From the NCBI GenBank assembly GCA_030425545.1, contig JAUIAC010000005.1:1-55957 (forward strand): a stretch of DNA of 55,957 nt, given 5' to 3'. Below the pieces are notes generated by a model. It ran no database searches. It was not told the origin of the DNA and saw only the letters and a program-made list of their open reading frames with translations. The position numbers and the translations under genes are program-made. This stretch comes from a bacterium. Its GTDB lineage: Bacteria; Myxococcota_A; UBA9042. The stretch's first letter is position 1. Each line of letters begins with the position of its first letter. Below are positions 53,392-55,957 of this stretch, piece after piece.

Positions 53392-55371
53392 TCAGTCGGT
53401 CGCCGTCGCAGCGCCGGGCAGGGCGCGGCCACCGAAGGCGGGGGTACCGTCCTGGCAGGCTCCGGGCTTGAACTTGCCCGACACCTTCTTGCCCTTGAAC
53501 TCGACCGAGAACACGCCGAACGCGCCCTTCTCCGCCCCGGGCATGTCGACGATGACGACCTGCCCCTTGTCGGCGGTGGCCTTGGTCACGAACTTGCCCT
53601 CGGCCATGGTGCCGAAGTCCACCTGAGCCTGCGTCGGCACCGTGACCGCGCCCTTGCCCACCCCCTTGGGCAGCCAGACCCGCAAGAGCAGCGTGTCGTC
53701 GTCGGGCAGGAAGGGCTTGCCGTCCTCGCCTTCGCCGCAGAGATCGAGGTCCGCCATCATGACCACGACCCGGTCGGCGCCCTGGGCGTCCTTGAGCGCC
53801 ATCATCACGGTCGCGACGGGCTCGAAGTCCTCGTCGAGGATGGTGTCGCCGACGATGCCCGACTCCCGCGACTCGGCCATGACCTGCTGCACGGACTTCA
53901 TCTTGCCGTCGTCGGGCTTGGCGTCGCCCTGCCCCGCCTTGGCGAGGTCCAGCACGTTCACCGCGTTGCCGCCCGCCTCCGCCTCAGCGCGCTCCTTGGC
54001 GCTGCTTCGCTTGAGCGCCTCACCGGTGGGGAAGGCCATGCTCACGCGCTTCGACTCCGGCCGCGTGACGTTCACCAGCCACAGCGGGATCGCGGGCACC
54101 ATGGTCACGACGCCGAGGCACAGGAAGATGACCAGCACGAAGGGCGCCGACGCGCGCAGCGCATAGCCGAAGGTCTTGTTGAAGAGCCCCGCGGCGACAA
54201 AGAGGTTGAGCCCGATGGGCGGCGTCAGGTAGCCGATCTCCAGGTTGACGATGAAGATCAGGCCGATGTGGATGGGGTCGAAGCCCAGCGCGAGCGCGAT
54301 CGGCACGAAGAGGGGCACGAAGAGGATGATGGCGCTGATGATGTCCATCAGGCAGCCGATGACGAGCAAGATCACGTCCAGCAGGATGATGAACATGACC
54401 GGGCTGAGGTCGTTGCTGCGCAGCCAGTCGACGATCTGGTCCGGGATCTTGTGGATGGTGAGGTACTCGCTCATGCCGAGCGCCACGCCGATGATGACCA
54501 GCACGGCGCCCATGAGCACGCCGGTCTCCGCCATCACCGAGGGCAGCTCGTCGAACTTGAGCGAGCGGTGGATGAAGATCTCGATCAGCAACGCGAGGAT
54601 CACGGCGATGGCGGCCGCAGCCGTGGTGTCGAACACGCCCAGGTAGATGCCGCCGAGGATGACCACCGGCACCACCAGTGACCAGGCCGCCTCCCGCAGC
54701 GCGACGACGATGGCGCCGGCGTCGAACTTGTCGCGCTCGAAGCGCCAGCCGGCCACCACGCAGTAGGCGACGAGCGCGCCCGCGATGAGCAGGCCAGGCA
54801 GGAAGCCAGCGATGAAGAGCTCCTCCACCTTCACCGGCGCGCCGGCCTGGGTGGCGAAGATGGCGTAGACGATCATCGGGATGGAGGGCGGGATGATGAT
54901 GCCAAGCGAGCCGGCCGACGTGACCAGACCGAGGCTGAAGCGGTCGGGGTACTTCCGCGCCAGGAGCGCCGGGTACATGACCGTGCCGATGGTGATGACC
55001 GTGACCGGCGACGACCCGGAGATGGCGGCGAAGAGCGCGCAGGCGGCCACGGTGGAGATGGCCAGCCCGCCGGGGAGCCAGCCGAACATCGAGTCGGCGA
55101 GGCGGATGAGGCGGTCGGCGATGGTGCCGCGGCTCATGAGCGTGCCGGCCAGCGTGAAGAAGGGGATGGCGACCAACGTCGGCTGCTGCGCCAGCCCGAC
55201 CGCCCGCTCGAGCAGGTTGAAGTTGTTGGCGAAGTCGCTCCAGCTGGTGAGGAAGTCCTCGCTGCCGGGGTGGGGGTTCACCCAGAAGAGCGCCATGGTC
55301 AGGCCCGCCAGGATCACGAAGAGCGGCAGGTCGAGCAGGATCAGGGTGAGGGTGGTGATCAGACCGGTCAT
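53392..55371 (-). CDS. dctM: TRAP transporter large permease DctM with a soluble C-terminal extension
   Basis: LVAIPFFTLAG, LPGGL, FAAISGSS, GSLGIIIPPSIPMIVY, GCLMD, DPIHIG, EIGYLTPPIGLNLFV, followed by ~225 extra residues. Confidence 0.9.
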   Translation of the reverse strand: MTGLITTLTLILLDLPLFVILAGLTMALFWVNPHPGSEDFLTSWSDFANNFNLLERAVGLAQQPTLVAIPFFTLAGTLMSRGTIADRLIRLADSMFGWLPGGLAISTVAACALFAAISGSSPVTVITIGTVMYPALLARKYPDRFSLGLVTSAGSLGIIIPPSIPMIVYAIFATQAGAPVKVEELFIAGFLPGLLIAGALVAYCVVAGWRFERDKFDAGAIVVALREAAWSLVVPVVILGGIYLGVFDTTAAAAIAVILALLIEIFIHRSLKFDELPSVMAETGVLMGAVLVIIGVALGMSEYLTIHKIPDQIVDWLRSNDLSPVMFIILLDVILLVIGCLMDIISAIILFVPLFVPIALALGFDPIHIGLIFIVNLEIGYLTPPIGLNLFVAAGLFNKTFGYALRASAPFVLVIFLCLGVVTMVPAIPLWLVNVTRPESKRVSMAFPTGEALKRSSAKERAEAEAGGNAVNVLDLAKAGQGDAKPDDGKMKSVQQVMAESRESGIVGDTILDEDFEPVATVMMALKDAQGADRVVVMMADLDLCGEGEDGKPFLPDDDTLLLRVWLPKGVGKGAVTVPTQAQVDFGTMAEGKFVTKATADKGQVVIVDMPGAEKGAFGVFSVEFKGKKVSGKFKPGACQDGTPAFGGRALPGAATATD

Positions 55372-55957
55372 GCCGCCACCTCCTCGTCGGAGCCAGGCGC
55401 GGCAGGTGACTGCTCAGGCCCAGGATCGGGCGGCTGCGGCTCCGCGCCTGTGACGACGCGCACCAGGTCCGCGGAGACCCGCACCGCCATCAGCGCGAAG
55501 CTGATCAGCACCGGCAGCACGATGTGGTACTCGGGCACCGGCAAGATGGACAGGGACGAGCCGGCGTCGAGCTGCAGCTGCATCAGGTGCCAGGCCAGGG
55601 TCAGCAGCAGCAGGTCGAAGAGCAGCCACACGGTCAGGCTCAGGGCCTCCACCGCGCGCTTGCCCCCAGCGGGCCACAGCCGACGGCCGAAGTTGAGCAC
55701 GATGTGCTTGCGGTCGCGGCTGGCCATGCTCGCGCCGAGGAAGCCGACGTACATGATCAGGATCTTCGACAGGTCGTTGACCCACGCGTACTGGGTGGGG
55801 ATGCGGCTGATCAACACCCCGATGGGGAGAGAGAGCACGCCCCAGGTGACCAGGAAGACCGGCAGCTCCCCGCGCTGCTGTGCCCGGCGCGCGAAGAGCG
55901 CGAGCGCCGCGGCGTAGATGGCGCCACACATCAGGGCGGACGGCACCTGGACCACGA
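55368..55957 (-). CDS. dctQ: TRAP transporter small permease DctQ (5'-truncated by the window edge)
   Basis: W..DLSKIL.MYVGFLGASMASRDRKHI motif, TM pattern and ATGA overlap with dctM. Confidence 0.85.
   Translation of the reverse strand, partial: VVQVPSALMCGAIYAAALALFARRAQQRGELPVFLVTWGVLSLPIGVLISRIPTQYAWVNDLSKILIMYVGFLGASMASRDRKHIVLNFGRRLWPAGGKRAVEALSLTVWLLFDLLLLTLAWHLMQLQLDAGSSLSILPVPEYHIVLPVLISFALMAVRVSADLVRVVTGAEPQPPDPGPEQSPAAPGSDEEVAA

Overview
GC-rich window (roughly 70% by eye) that reads as a Myxococcota/deltaproteobacterial chromosome: many Cys-rich lipoproteins, an FHA-sigma54 activator and a TIGR04551-like barrel. It holds 33 CDS and no rRNA, tRNA, CRISPR array or mobile element that I can support. 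Housekeeping genes (mpl, rpsA, nnr, pdxJ, glmM, mutY, uvrD/pcrA, moaD-moaE fusion, galE, rsmI, pyrG, TRAP dctQM) are interleaved with an unusually dense set of envelope genes. These include two lipoproteins with a CDGxDNDCDG-repeat stalk and a beta-propeller head, and three tandem paralogous lipoproteins built from Cys modules and nine MAM/cleaved-adhesin-like beta-sandwich domains. Directly upstream of the trio and co-oriented lie an outer-membrane barrel, a GT-C glycosyltransferase, an FHA enhancer-binding protein and a CPBP intramembrane protease. My best candidate for an undescribed system is this 29.5-46.2 kb block, read as a surface (glyco)lipoprotein adhesin display locus; one of its head domains is strongly Tyr-enriched and diverged. 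Other oddities are a ~340-nt structured leader behind a near-consensus promoter, a histidine kinase with a ~120-aa disordered insert in its ATPase domain, and a DctM with a ~225-aa soluble C-terminal extension. All family calls come from motif recognition by eye; no database search was run.
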